A DNA stretch of 62,216 bases, taken from assembly GCA_001600815.1 (NCBI GenBank), contig BCKZ01000043.1, positions 16,377 to 78,592 on the forward strand. Direction: 5' to 3'. The translations under genes and the position numbers were made by a program. The notes under the pieces are model-generated. The model was given only the letters and a program-made list of their open reading frames with translations. It was not told the DNA's origin and did not search any database. The DNA comes from Alloascoidea hylecoeti (Eukaryota). Positions 39,061-51,546 of the stretch are shown in pieces (position 1 is the stretch's first letter; every line of letters starts with the position of its first letter).

Positions 39061-39484
39061 TAAAATTCGTTAATAGAGTTCTAAAACGACATTATAAATG
39101 AAATATCAACGGTGCGGTCTCATATAAGTCAACGAGTGGTCGATATTAAACCAAAACACGGTATCAATTAATTTTTGTAGTAACATTAGTACCAATCATA
39201 TTGTGAATTTTGCTATGGTCTATTCGACATAATGAAGTGTTCAGATCAGTTCAATTGTTTTGTCTTCATGTTTTCCACATATATTTCTCCAAAATAACTC
39301 TACGAAAAAGTGGGAAATGAAATGCGTTTAACTCTAAGTAAATGTTAATAAATCTAATTTTTGATATATTTTTAAATAAAAACAAGTTCGATATTAAGAT
39401 CAACTCATACTCCTTCAAGTCTTTCATCAGAAGTAGCAGATCAAGCGATTTATTAATCTATATATATTTAGAATCATAGTATCA

Positions 39485-41287
39485 TTAATTTGTTAAGGAA
39501 TAGGTTACTCCTGCGCGTGGGGCATTAAGTATGATACCCATTAAGATACCAGATATTAAACCAGCACAAGGTAATGTGAAAATCCAACCTAAATAGCACC
39601 ATGAAACCATTCTCCAATTAACTGCTTTAATATCTTTGTTACATAAACCAACAACAACAACTGCCCCAACAATGCATTGAGTAGTAGAAACTGGAATACT
39701 TAATCTTGTAGCAAAAACCGTTGTAATTGCTGAACCAAGCTCCATTGAAAATCCTCTTGCTGGAGATTGTAATGTTAACCTATTACCTAAATTTCTCATA
39801 ATATTGTATCCATAAGTCCATAGACCAATAACTAAAGCTGCAGCTGCATAACATAAAACCCATACAGGAACATCAGCTTGTGCCATTGTTTTATTATGTT
39901 TCCATACTAAATAAATAGTTATTAAGGGGCTGCAAGCGTTTGCAATATCATTTGATCCGTGGGCAAAGGAAGCAGTACAAGCAGTGATAGCTTGTAAAAA
40001 TGTATATAGATGCTCAGTTTTATTGTCATATTTCTTTGCTCTCCCATGCATATCACCAATGTCACCGGCTAATCTTGAATGTTCGTTTTGAGATGATATA
40101 ACATCAACATCAATACCATGAATAAAAGCTTTCCAAACCATGAGTGGCCATAACTTTGGAGTTACAAGAGCCTTTTTGAAATTAAATTTCTCAAGCTTTT
40201 CGAGTTTTGGATCTGTAGGGGTCTCTGATAATTCTTTATTATTCTCCACAACTAGCTGCTTACCTAGTTCCTCATCGGTCGCGGTAATACTATTGGCTAT
40301 AGAGTATTCCATTACATCACCAGAATTATTACTATTATTCTGAGCATTAGGGCCACCTGTAGCACCAATTACACCAATATCACCAGCTGATCTCGCAGCT
40401 TGAATTTCCTCTTCAGTTCTTCGACCTTCATAATAGTCGATAATAATTTTATGCTGTTCTCCAGCTGGTATAGGTGGAACATCACCACGTCTCCAAAGAA
40501 GAGGACCCAAAATAACATGATATTTCCTCAAAGTCCAATCTTCTAACACCAATAACCTGTATAAGAAAGGGTACCAGAAGATGAAGTATAAAATAACGGA
40601 GACGGCTCCAACTCCAAAAATACTCCCAACAGTTGCTCCGGTAGATAATTTATCTAACTTTAAATTTGGTGCCCCACTCCAAACAATAACCATGGTTAAA
40701 ACAGAAAATGTAAGAAAGAAGTAGACTGGAATAATATACAATGCGTTTCTTAAAGAATTCTTTCTTTCGAGAACAGTATATTTGGTAAACATAAACAATA
40801 GACCAGCAAAAGCACCAGCAATAGCGGGAGCCAAAAACCAAGATGCAATAATTTGAGAAAATCCACTCCAACCCCAATGGATTCCATGGGAACCATGAGC
40901 AGCAATACCTGCACCAATGACAGCAGCAACTATGGAATGTGATGTGGAAACAGGTGCACCAATTTTCGTAGCGAGAGAAACCCAGAGAGATGATCCAATA
41001 ACAGCACAAGCCATGGCTAACATCAAGACAGCAGGCTCATCTTCAAATAAATCGATATCCATAATGTTGTTTCTTATAGTAGCACAGACTCTACTTCCAG
41101 CCAATACAGCACCCAGAAATTCGCAAATAGCAGCCAAAATCATAGCCTGCCAATACTTCAGTGCTCTTGAAGATACAGAAGTAGAGAAAGAATTAGCAAC
41201 ATCATTAGCGCCAATATTCCAGGCATCTAAGAAGGCAAATAACATGCCTATGGCAAAAATATAGTCAAATTGATGGAGTGCAATCAT
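39485..41287 (-). CDS. PHO89: Na+/phosphate symporter (PiT family)
   Basis: AWNIGANDVANSF, PVSTSHSIV, SFAHGSNDIAN and PVSTTQCIVG signatures. Confidence 0.96.
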   Translation of the reverse strand: MIALHQFDYIFAIGMLFAFLDAWNIGANDVANSFSTSVSSRALKYWQAMILAAICEFLGAVLAGSRVCATIRNNIMDIDLFEDEPAVLMLAMACAVIGSSLWVSLATKIGAPVSTSHSIVAAVIGAGIAAHGSHGIHWGWSGFSQIIASWFLAPAIAGAFAGLLFMFTKYTVLERKNSLRNALYIIPVYFFLTFSVLTMVIVWSGAPNLKLDKLSTGATVGSIFGVGAVSVILYFIFWYPFLYRLLVLEDWTLRKYHVILGPLLWRRGDVPPIPAGEQHKIIIDYYEGRRTEEEIQAARSAGDIGVIGATGGPNAQNNSNNSGDVMEYSIANSITATDEELGKQLVVENNKELSETPTDPKLEKLEKFNFKKALVTPKLWPLMVWKAFIHGIDVDVISSQNEHSRLAGDIGDMHGRAKKYDNKTEHLYTFLQAITACTASFAHGSNDIANACSPLITIYLVWKHNKTMAQADVPVWVLCYAAAALVIGLWTYGYNIMRNLGNRLTLQSPARGFSMELGSAITTVFATRLSIPVSTTQCIVGAVVVVGLCNKDIKAVNWRMVSWCYLGWIFTLPCAGLISGILMGIILNAPRAGVTYSLTN

Positions 41288-43109
41288 TTTCAGTTGAAAC
41301 GAATTGCAAAGATTTGAAAGGAAATAATTATAAAGGTCTGAATGATGGTTTTCTGGAATTCTTCCTAATTATATATTTATATATAAATTGCTATATTTGA
41401 TCGTTATAATATTGATACTTCTATGGCCTATAGCTATATATCTTATTTGCACATGTTCATTATTATTGTATATTGGAAGGTATTTACCTGCAGAGATGCA
41501 TTTTTTTAGATACACCAATTTTCCGATCGTGTGACGATTTCTTCGGGGAAGAACTGAATTAGCTTTATTTTATGTCTCGAATTCTGTGACTTCACTTGAT
41601 TAGTAGGCGCATCGGCAAAAAGTTTTGAGTTCGATGTGTTCGAATAACCCGAATCTTGAAGGCCGAGCACTCGACCCCCGATCTAGGAGAATTGTGGGCT
41701 CGCATCATCCAGTTCGGCGCTAAATAATTTTCTTCTTTCCCACTGTTTTTCACCCCTACCTACTAGTTCGCCATAAAGTTTTTTTACACCTTTTTCTTGA
41801 ATTTTTCTGATTTCTTTTTCTTCAAAAGTGATAATCAAAACATTTATCATGATGGTTAATTATTAAATAATATTATATTTTGGCTCAATGCTGCTCGCCA
41901 TTCAAGAAAATTTCAGCTTTAGCAAGATCCGCTTCGTTTACATTCAGAAATTTTGTGGTTCTTGCCTGGATGCTCGCCAAAATTTTAAGTACGGTATTCG
42001 AGTCTAGGCGATGTGCCGTCCAACTAGATACTTGATTTGACATAATTATAATACGGGGAAATATCGTCTCAATCATATATACTTCGAGATTTCATCTATA
42101 CTTCAACATCTTATTCATACATCAAAGTCTAGAAACATCTCAGTCTAGATTCATTAAATAGAATGGCTTACAGTCCTTCGAATATAAAAAATAGCGCTAA
42201 TAATAGGTGGAAGGATTGTATCCGACACTAATTAGGATGATTTCAATCAAACATATTGCCAAATTGAAGATCTTCATATTTCCCAATGTTTGTTGATTTG
42301 GAAATTAAATACAAGGAACTTGAATGAATGATTGTAAATTTAAACAATTTGCAATATATTTACCTTTAGTTAGTTATTAAAGACTTTTCATAATCTATTT
42401 TAATAAAGACAAGTACAATTATAGTACTGATATACTGATCGAGAAGCGTAGTACAGCTTTAACTCTGGGGCTGTATTAAATAGTACTCGAATAACATGAA
42501 CGCTAGCCATATATCGATTCTAATTACTATTGCACTGTTCAGGTACACTGTTACATTTTATATGTATCCAATGTATTGGGTTAACTGCATATATTTTAGA
42601 GCGGCAGGGATGTATCCATTGGCCATGTTGGAAGACCTTTCAGGGCCTTCACTGCTGGAAATTTGGAAATTCTCCATATGGTGAAAGAGAGATTAGAAGC
42701 TAAAAATCTCTCTAATTCACAATTTCAGATCTCGAAAATTAACCTTATTTTTATTTTGTTAGAATCTAAACTTTAATTTCGATATATCACGAATATTATT
42801 ACTTTTTATATGCATATACATAATTTTGATGCAAGTGAAGTTACTCTATATCCAGCGTCCAGATCTGAATATAATATTAATAATATGTTTATGTAACCTT
42901 TGAGTCGAAAATAGATAAGATAATAAATTATTAATAAAGTAATTGCCTTATTGAGTCAATATTAATTTTATGCCCCTCATAATCAGTCGTTTACCTCTAG
43001 ATATTTTTAACTTTCGAACGGAGTACTGATTAAAATACTCATCAGCTACAGTACAATATTGATACTTAAGTTTTAAGTTTGTCTATAATTACTAGTGAAC
43101 GTTGGTTAC

Positions 43110-43255
43110 CTTAATATTATAACAATATTAATAAATCTCATCAGGAGTAATTAAATTTAGTATTAAAGGGGCTGAAAGATAACAAATATGAGGAAGGATT
43201 ATAATGCGTCTTACGAGTATTGGTACGTAAAATAAAATTTGTAGAATATGTTATT
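43110..43255 (+). pseudogene. Decayed copy of RAD9/DDC1 exon 1
   Basis: aaatttagtatt..aacaaatatgaggaaggattataatgcgtcttacgagtattgg..aaataaaatttgt matches the reverse complement of 53885-54030. Confidence 0.8.
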
Positions 43256-43454
43256 ATTTTTATCCTATCCGCTTATTTGTTGGCTTTGAACTTTATTTGG
43301 TAATAGTATAATATTTTTACTTATTTCGAGAAACTCAATTTCAATATTTGATTTATAACTTGACACACTGAAAGAAATAGCAAAACATGGGGAAGTTGTT
43401 AGGGGAGCAAACTTGATTAGTAATACTTTTCTTTTTTAAAAACTAAATAATCAT

Positions 43455-43590
43455 AATTTATTAAGACACAACTTGACAAGATTAACAATAATAATTAATG
43501 TAATGCCATTAGTAGGTACATATGGTTATTAAATTTAGTATTGAAGAAAAATTAAAAAAACAAAATATAAACTGTTTTACAAGTACTCAA
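43455..43590 (+). pseudogene. Further decayed RAD9/DDC1 5' copy
   Basis: ttaagac..caataataattaa..gttattaaatttagtattgaag..ttacaagta. Confidence 0.6.
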
Positions 43591-43959
43591 TTGCAATACT
43601 GAAAGAAATTTTAAAAAATATGGAGTAAGATATAGAATCTAGGTTGTATTTATGGCTATCAATGATCTTATATTGGATATGTAGTTTTGTAAGTAATGTC
43701 ATGATACAATAGAAACCCAATTGGGACTTTTATTATATTTAAAGTTTGAGTATATTATTTTCCCCAAAAAAGGGATATGATTCTTTTCAATTGATAATAT
43801 GTGATATAGTTAATCATGATTAAGTTTAGATATCATTAACTATCAGTTAATTACTTGAAGTCCAGTTTCATTTTCATTTTCATTTGTTATCTGACCTTCC
43901 TAAATTCTAGACAATAATAGTTCGCATAAACTATAGTTAGTTGATAGTAAAAATGCATG

Positions 43960-44170
43960 ACCTAATGGAAATAAAATAATTCAGATTGGTAAAAATTCAA
44001 GGTTTCTTCTTATTTGTATTTAATTCATAAAGAAGGTAAAACTCGATCAAAGTTTGTTATACCATTTCTCAGAACTTGTGACTTCATTACATATCTAACC
44101 AAAAAGTAAGAGCAATAAAATAACTTAAGAATTTTATATCATTCATCATCATAATTAATTATTTATAACA
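43960..44170 (-). repeat. Dispersed repeat family C copy (inverted)
   Basis: ggaaataaaataattcagattg..aagaaggtaaaactc..aaagtttgttataccatttctcagaa. Confidence 0.85.
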
Positions 44171-44554
44171 ATCACCCATCAGCACAGAAGAAAATTACAC
44201 CAACTAAAAAGGTTTACCGTTTACAACACGACTTATGTAGGTTTTGTGGTGTAATATCAAAGGCAATCTGAAATATTTGAAAAATAAAAACAAATGAAAT
44301 GACATTACAGTGATTACGCTGTATCACTTTACAAGAAAAAAAGTATTTTCTAATTTGAATTCAAAATATAACATTAAAACAATTATCTACTTACCTGTTA
44401 AAATAACAACAAAATAGCAATTAAAAAGTTTTATAAGAAAATAATATAAGTCAAACTATAATGCAAAAAAAAAAACATTCAGTCTTTCAGCATACTTGAT
44501 ATATCTGAGATTAAAACTTATCAAAAAGTTATAGGAATCTTAAACTATATTACC

Positions 44555-44630
44555 AATACTGTATAAATGGGAATGGATTATATTAATAATGTATCTTAAA
44601 AGTATGGTACGTAAATAAAATTTGTATAAC
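44555..44630 (+). pseudogene. Short RAD9/DDC1 exon 1 remnant
   Basis: ggattat..tgtatcttaaaagtatggtacgtaaataaaatttgta resembles 43195-43245. Confidence 0.5.
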
Positions 44631-45239
44631 TTTACATTTACGATACCAAGATCGATATTGAGGTATCTATTAATTTGTTGTGTTTGGAGTTTCATCAAAA
44701 TTACTTTTACATTTTAACGATTAAAGTGAAGTTCAATTGACTATAGAGAGAAATACAATAATTTGTTTTGTATTTGATACGAATAATTCGGGGATGTCAA
44801 CCCCAATGGTTTATATAACTCAACATTGCAAAAAGCAAAAATAAAAAATATAGAGGAAGTTAGGGGTCAAGTTTGTATTTATGGTCATCAATCTTATATA
44901 TATCTGATATATGTAAGACTTATATTTGTTGCTCCATAGTAGAAAAATATATATGTACACCAAATAAGTAAAATCACCTACACTTACAAGCTAAAATTAT
45001 CAAAGAATATCAAATAAATAGCTATTTATCAGGCACAATTCCCATTCAAAATAACTATAATCAATACAATATTTCAAATTTACAATATTACAAATAAACA
45101 TATTTATATTGATATATATATTTCAAATAACTATATATATATCTAATATAATATTTCAAATTATTAATACAAAATTTTAAATAAATATAATTAATATATA
45201 AATTACTTCGATCCACCATAATTAATACAATTCTTTATT

Positions 45240-46485
45240 ATGAATCAAACCAATAGAGAAGGTGAATCATTAGTTGCAAATATATGTGCACGAATTGTTG
45301 AAGACAATATCCAACAACGAGCAGATACGATTTCAAATTAATAATGAACGCGACATTGAGTTTACAGAACGAGAAATTTTTTTTAATCCAAAATTGGTAA
45401 ACAATAACCTATGAATGATAAATACCATGGTCCAAGAGCAAGCTTAAGTGGAACTCAGGTGTGACTTTGCAGGAATAGCTGCTTCGGACATAGAAAGATT
45501 TGGAATGTGGAGAACAGGTCAGATCAGCTCCTCGCTACTCGACAGCTACATGTGCAATATCCCCTGTGGACCTATGGCAGCCCTAGCAGGTGGTCGAAAT
45601 GTAGGAGGNCAATTGAAATATCATATGTTCCGTAACTTTGTGACACATAGTAAAGAGCTAAGAAGAAAAATATTCCCATTTATAAACAAATATCTTGAAG
45701 CTCCAATGAACATAAATATTGAAGAGCTGATAGAACATGATGATAAATACAGCAATAACACAAAACAAATGGCATATTTAACCACTACTGTTTTTGACCA
45801 CCTGCGCACCGTTATAATCCAGGACTTTAAATTTCTAGAAGAACGCTTTCAACCCGGCATTTTAGATAAAATTCCTGGCTTTAGTATCCCCCTTTTCAAA
45901 TCTCCAGAATATCGCGAATTTAGAATGCATCAAGATGCAGTTTATGAAGCATATATCAGCGTGGAAACAAGCTCTCGACATTATTTCTGCATCCAGATTT
46001 TTTGGTGATGCTATTAATGATCTTAAACAAGAACTTGCTTCAGTTCCATACAGTATTAAAAATCAAAACATTGATATTCAAAATCAACTTACTAATCTAC
46101 ATAGTCGCCAGCCTCGGGGAAGACCCAGAGTTCCTACTTTCAATTTTAAGAAAGCACCTACTACACTTAAAATAATATGGGATGAGTATAAATACCCATG
46201 TAGTGGGTCTTTATCAATCGAGCAACTTGATCAGAGATATAAGGCAAAGTGGAGAATGAGGTCTGATATTGGTAAAAATATTCACGCAGAAAAATAATCT
46301 ACACATCCATAATTATGGGTCTTTCTAAAGGGCTTACCGAGGCTAGATTTTTGGAGCTATTGAGGGAGGCTCGTAGTACACAAGGTATCTCCGTATCAAA
46401 ATATCTGACCTTGGACGAGACAAGTAGATTTGGATTTGTATGTAGCTTAGTGATGTTTATGTTATGTTACAATAAAAAAACCTGA
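45240..46485 (+). mobile_element. Crypton-type (Ndc10-II tyrosine recombinase plus GCR1_C) transposon remnant
   Basis: KYHGPR (HxxR), AGIAASDIERFGMW, LLDSYMCNIP..MAALAG (box II and catalytic Tyr), then TTLKIIWDEY..SIEQLDQRYKAKWR..YSRRKII (GCR1_C); at least three frameshifts and a 5' internal deletion. Confidence 0.8.
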
Positions 46486-46519
46486 TTGAATAAAACTTTG
46501 AATACGGACATTAATTATA

Positions 46520-46800
46520 TTTAGGATCACCAAAAGGGATAATATTCTTTTAAATAGATCTTGTTACTCATTTGCAATAAAAATATAAAAGCTATTAATA
46601 TTGGGAATGAAATAATTCAGATTGATAAATTTCAAGGTTTTTTTATTGTAAAGAAGGTAAAACTCAACATAAAAAGTTTGTTATACCATTTCTTAGAATT
46701 TTTGAAATTTAAACCTTCATTAAATAATCCAACCAAGAAGTTAGAGCAATAAAAAAACCTAAAGAATTTTTGTATATCATTTCAGCATAATAATAATTAT
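46520..46800 (-). repeat. Dispersed repeat family C copy (inverted)
   Basis: aataattcagattgataaatttcaagg..aagaaggtaaaactcaacataaaaagtttgttataccattt. Confidence 0.85.
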
Positions 46801-46840
46801 TTTCTTATCCTCTGTTTTGATACAAGTATCATTGAAGACT

Positions 46841-47335
46841 AAGAATAAATGAGGGGAAAAAAGAAAGAGAATAAATAAGATGAACATGATAAGATAATAT
46901 ACATCTGAAGTTGGGAATAATATTATTAAAAGATTTATTGAAATGATATTATTAACAATTGATATAGTAATGTCAGATAAAATATTCAAACAACCAATGG
47001 AATCAAGTGTTTCTATAAAGTGTTGATGCAGTTGAAGATGCATGTGTTTGTTTTAGAATTAAAGATTTTAAGGTATGTAATTATAAGATATGAATTATAA
47101 ACAATAATAGAAAAAGGATAAGATAAATGGTGTGATAAGAATGAAAAAACAGACGACTTTTTCAGGGATCTGTTAACTCTATTCCATGGAGGAGGGCTCA
47201 CAGATGTTGGAGAGCCCGCAGCCGAGGCACGGGGCCAGCCGATAACAGGAGCCATACCCCCCCGGAGGCACAGGAGCGCCGTTGGAGACGCGGCCGGTTA
47301 CCCGGACACCCACCCGGACACCCACCCGGACCCGA
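46841..47335 (+). pseudogene. Decayed copy of RAD9/DDC1 exon 3, intron 3 and exon 4
   Basis: aaagtgttgatgcagttgaagatgcatgtgtttgttttagaattaaagattttaaggtatgtaatt is identical to the reverse complement of ~53093-53158; intron retained; tacccggacacccac shared with exon 4. Confidence 0.88.
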
Positions 47336-47420
47336 GATCGAGATCGAGGCGAGGCGAGGCGAGGCGAGGCGAGTGGGATTTGCTGGCTGCTTAACGTACG
47401 CTGACAGCTGTCACGTGCGT
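47298..47420 (+). promoter_or_regulatory. GC-rich POX1 promoter: Reb1 site (47298-47305), (GAGGC)n array, GTCACGTG Cbf1-type site (47410-47417)
   Basis: Direct motif matches; TATATAAA near 47544. Confidence 0.55.
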
Positions 47421-47655
47421 CGCTTACGTAACATATTCATGTGTCTGTTCTGTATGCGGGGTATTAAATAGAACAGGCAGCTGTGAGGTGCTGCTGGTTG
47501 CTGCTCCCCACCAGATACGGCCTACAGCATGTGAATTCCCCGTTATATAAATATCCACTTTTCCTCCACTCTCTCCCCTTTTCTTCCACTTTCTTCTTCC
47601 ATTCTACACCCACTCTACACCCGCTCTGCTTATTATATCCATCCAAACAACAACA

Positions 47656-49749
47656 ATGCCATCGGAAGCTGAAGATATGCGTGCCTCAATGGCTGCAGAA
47701 AGAGCAAAAGCTGATTTCAATATCCGCGAAATGACCTATTTTTTAGACGGTGGTAAAAAAAAAACTGAATTGATTGAAAAAATTATGGAAGATTTGGAGC
47801 GTGATCCTGCTTTTTCAAATGATGATTATTATGATTTAACTGTCGCTCAACAAAGATCGAGAACCGTTGAAAAAATTGCGTCTTGGGTTTCCCATTTAAC
47901 TAATTTAAGATCCGAAAAACAAGCAATGAATACTTTTAGAATTGTTGGTTTAGTTGATATGTCAACATATACAAGATTGGGTGTTCATTATGGTTTATTT
48001 TTTTCAACCGTTAGAGGACAAGGAACTGATGATCAAGTTAGTTATTGGATTTCTCAAGGTGCGCTAACATTAAATAAATTTTATGGTTGTTTTTCTATGA
48101 CTGAATTGGGTCATGGTTCAAATGTTGCTGCTATGGAAACAACTGCAACTTGGGATGAACGAACTGATGAATTTATTATTCATACTCCAAATGTTAGAGC
48201 AACTAAATGGTGGATTGGTGGTGCCGCTCATTCTGCTACCCATACTACTTGTTATGCAAGATTAATTGTTAAAGGTGTTGATTATGGTGTTAAACCAATT
48301 GTTGTTCCTTTAAGAAATTTAAATGATCATTCTTTAAAACCTGGTATCTCAATTGGTGATATTGGTGCTAAAATGGGTAGAGATGGTATTGATAATGGCT
48401 GGATTCAATTTACTAATGTTCGTGTACCAAGACAATATTTATTACAAAAATATACAAAAGTTGATAGAAATGGTAATGTTACTTTACCACCATCACAACA
48501 ATTAGTTTATGGTGCTTTAATTGGTGGTAGAGTATCAATGGTTGCCGATTCTTTTGTAACTGGTAAAAGATTTGTTACAATTGCTTTAAGATATGCTGTT
48601 TTAAGAAGACAATTTGGTTCTCCAAAAGATGATGAACCAAATAATGAAACTAAATTAATTGATTATCCTTATCATCAAAGAAGATTATTACCTTTATTAT
48701 CTTTTGTTTATGGTATGCAAGCAGCATCATCAAATTTACAATTACAATATGATAATGCAATGTCAAAATTAAATGAATCAATTTCTTCAAATAATAAATC
48801 AAATTTAAATTCTGCTTTAAGTGATTTAAAAGATTTATTCACAACAAGTGCTGGCTTAAAAGCATTTACAACTTGGGCAACACAAAATATTATTGATGAA
48901 TGTAGACAATCATGTGGTGGTCATGGTTATTCTTCATATAATGGTTTTGGAAAAGGTTATAATGATTGGGTTGTTCAATGTACTTGGGAAGGTGATAATA
49001 ATATCTTAACTTTAAGTGCTGGTAGAGGTTTAATTCAACAGGCATTAACTGTTAAAAAAGGTGGTAAAGTTGGTCAAGTTATTTCATATTTATCAAAATT
49101 TGATCCAAAAAAACCAAAAACATTAGGTGATAGAGATATTTTAAATCCAGAAGTTTTAATTGAAGCATGGCAAACTGTTTCTGCTTCATTATTATATAAA
49201 GCTGCTTCACAATATGAAGATATTGCAGCTAAGAATCCAAAATATTCAAAGGAGAAGATTTTTGAATTATTATCACAAGAAAGATTTTTAACTGCTAAAA
49301 TTCATACAAGATTATATTTAATTGAATCATTTTATGAAAATTTTAAATCATTAGATTCAAATTCTCCAATTAAGAAAAATTTATTAAATTTATTTTATTT
49401 ATTTTCATTATGGTCAATTGAATTAGAATCTGGTTTATTTTTACAATCAGGCTTTTTCAACAGCAATGAAATTGATGAAATTAGAAAATTAGTTGGTGAA
49501 TTGGGTATTAAAATTAGACCACAAGTTATTGCATTAACTGATTCTTTTAATTTATCTGATTTTTTTATTAATTCTGCAATTGGTAAAAAGGATGGTGATA
49601 TTTATAATAATTATTTAAATATTGTTAAAAGAAGTTATCCACCAAATATTTCTTCAAAAGCTGATTATTATGAAAGTCATTTAAGACCTTTTTTGTTTAG
49701 GAAAGATGATCCAAGTGTTGATTTAGAAGCTTTGGAACCAACTGATTAA
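47656..49749 (+). CDS. POX1: Peroxisomal acyl-CoA oxidase
   Basis: GCFSMTELGHGSNV, TKWWIGG, CRQSCGGHGY, CTWEGDN. Confidence 0.97.
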   Translation: MPSEAEDMRASMAAERAKADFNIREMTYFLDGGKKKTELIEKIMEDLERDPAFSNDDYYDLTVAQQRSRTVEKIASWVSHLTNLRSEKQAMNTFRIVGLVDMSTYTRLGVHYGLFFSTVRGQGTDDQVSYWISQGALTLNKFYGCFSMTELGHGSNVAAMETTATWDERTDEFIIHTPNVRATKWWIGGAAHSATHTTCYARLIVKGVDYGVKPIVVPLRNLNDHSLKPGISIGDIGAKMGRDGIDNGWIQFTNVRVPRQYLLQKYTKVDRNGNVTLPPSQQLVYGALIGGRVSMVADSFVTGKRFVTIALRYAVLRRQFGSPKDDEPNNETKLIDYPYHQRRLLPLLSFVYGMQAASSNLQLQYDNAMSKLNESISSNNKSNLNSALSDLKDLFTTSAGLKAFTTWATQNIIDECRQSCGGHGYSSYNGFGKGYNDWVVQCTWEGDNNILTLSAGRGLIQQALTVKKGGKVGQVISYLSKFDPKKPKTLGDRDILNPEVLIEAWQTVSASLLYKAASQYEDIAAKNPKYSKEKIFELLSQERFLTAKIHTRLYLIESFYENFKSLDSNSPIKKNLLNLFYLFSLWSIELESGLFLQSGFFNSNEIDEIRKLVGELGIKIRPQVIALTDSFNLSDFFINSAIGKKDGDIYNNYLNIVKRSYPPNISSKADYYESHLRPFLFRKDDPSVDLEALEPTD

Positions 49750-50063
49750 ATCATTTTATTTGTTTGGGTGTGAAATTTGGAATGATAATGAAAAGAAAAA
49801 ACAATGACATTGAAGTTGTATAAACTTATATATATTAGATTTCTAGATCTTGTTATTAGACATATATATTATATTAATACAAATATTTATAAATAAATTA
49901 AATAAATTAAAATGATTCATTATGATCGTATGTAATCGCCAATTATTCGGTATAAACGGGATACTCATTTTTTCTAATACTATGATGACATCAAACCACC
50001 AGTACCTCCTGAAATCAATACACTTCCATCACATCATCATCTAAACTCACATAATAAGTTCAA

Positions 50064-51546
50064 ATGACTTCTCGATTCACAACACAATCATTAAATTTAA
50101 ATAATTATCAACATCAATCATTATCTTCATCAGTTTTAAATTCTCAACATTTACAAGTTTTACAAGCACAACAGCAACAGGCGTTACAATTACAATATCA
50201 ACAACAACAACAACAACAACAGCAGCAGCAACTTGGATTAGGAGGAACACATGGATTGAATTCAAATGTTAGGAATATTAATCAAGTCCAAAAACAATTG
50301 ATGGGGATGGGGATGGGGATGGGGATGGGGATGGGGAATATTAATATGAATGGAATTGATTATCGTGATGTTTGGAAAGAGAATTTAAATGATGAATTTA
50401 GAATTATTAGATCTTTATTACCAAGATATACATTTATTTCAATTGTAAGTTCAATCTTAATTTTTTATAACTTTCTTGTCATATGTTATTTTATATATCT
50501 AACGATTTAAAATTTGATATTTTGAATGAAGAGTACTGAATTCCCTGGTATTGTATCAAGACCAATTGGTTCATTTAAAACAACTACAGATTATCATTAT
50601 CAAACAATGAGAACAAATGCAGATATTTTAAATTTATTACAATTATCAATGGTTATTACAGATTCTGAAGGTTTAAGACCTGAAGGTGTTTCATCATGTT
50701 GGGTTTTTAATTTTGAATTTCATATTGAAAATGATATTTTTTCATTAGGTTACTTAGAAGATTTAATACGTAATAATGGTAATAATGGAGGGGTTGATGG
50801 GATTGATTTAGGAAAACATGCTACCCATGGGATTCCTCATTTTCAATTTGCTGAATTGATTTGGGATAGTGGATTGGTTTTAAGCGATGATGTTTCTTGG
50901 ATTAGTTTTCATGCGTTAGTATTTCAAAATCATTGCCATGTTTTATATATTTTAAAACTAACAATTCAATTTATTTATTTATTTAGGGGTTATGATTTTG
51001 GATTCTTAGCTTCAATTTTATTAAATAAACCATTACCATCAGAATTAAAACCATTTAAATGGTGGTTAAATACATTATTTCCAAATTTATATGATGTTAA
51101 ATTTATGTCAAGATTATATAAACCTGATTTAAAAGGAAATTTAGAAACTTTAATTGATGAATTAGGTATATCTCCAAATTTACAATTACAAGATTTAAAT
51201 GGATTATCACAATGGGAAAGTTCAATTGGACAAGCTATTCTTGTTGGATTAAGTTGGCTTGAGTTAAGAAGTTTATGGGATGGGAAGATTAAAGAAGATA
51301 GTTATAAGTATGTGTGATGTTAATGATTTATATTTTTAATTGTTGTTGCTAACTTTTTTGAATTTTAGGGGGATGATATTTGGTTTTACAAATGATAATA
51401 ATACTACTACTACTACTACTAATAATAATAATAATAATAATAATAACAATAACAAGAATATTAATGATTATGGAAGAAGTAGTGAAGATGATAAACCATT
51501 TGTTATGTCTCCTTTAAATATTACTGGATACCCAAGAAGGGGATGA
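50064..51546 (+). CDS. POP2: CCR4-NOT deadenylase subunit Pop2/Caf1; exons 50064-50444, 50532-50914, 50987-51307, 51369-51546
   Basis: Spliced ISISTEFPGIVSRPIGSF..DYHYQTMRTN, WISFHAGYDFG, YDVKF; Gln-rich N-terminus; three introns with CTAAC branch sites. Confidence 0.92.
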
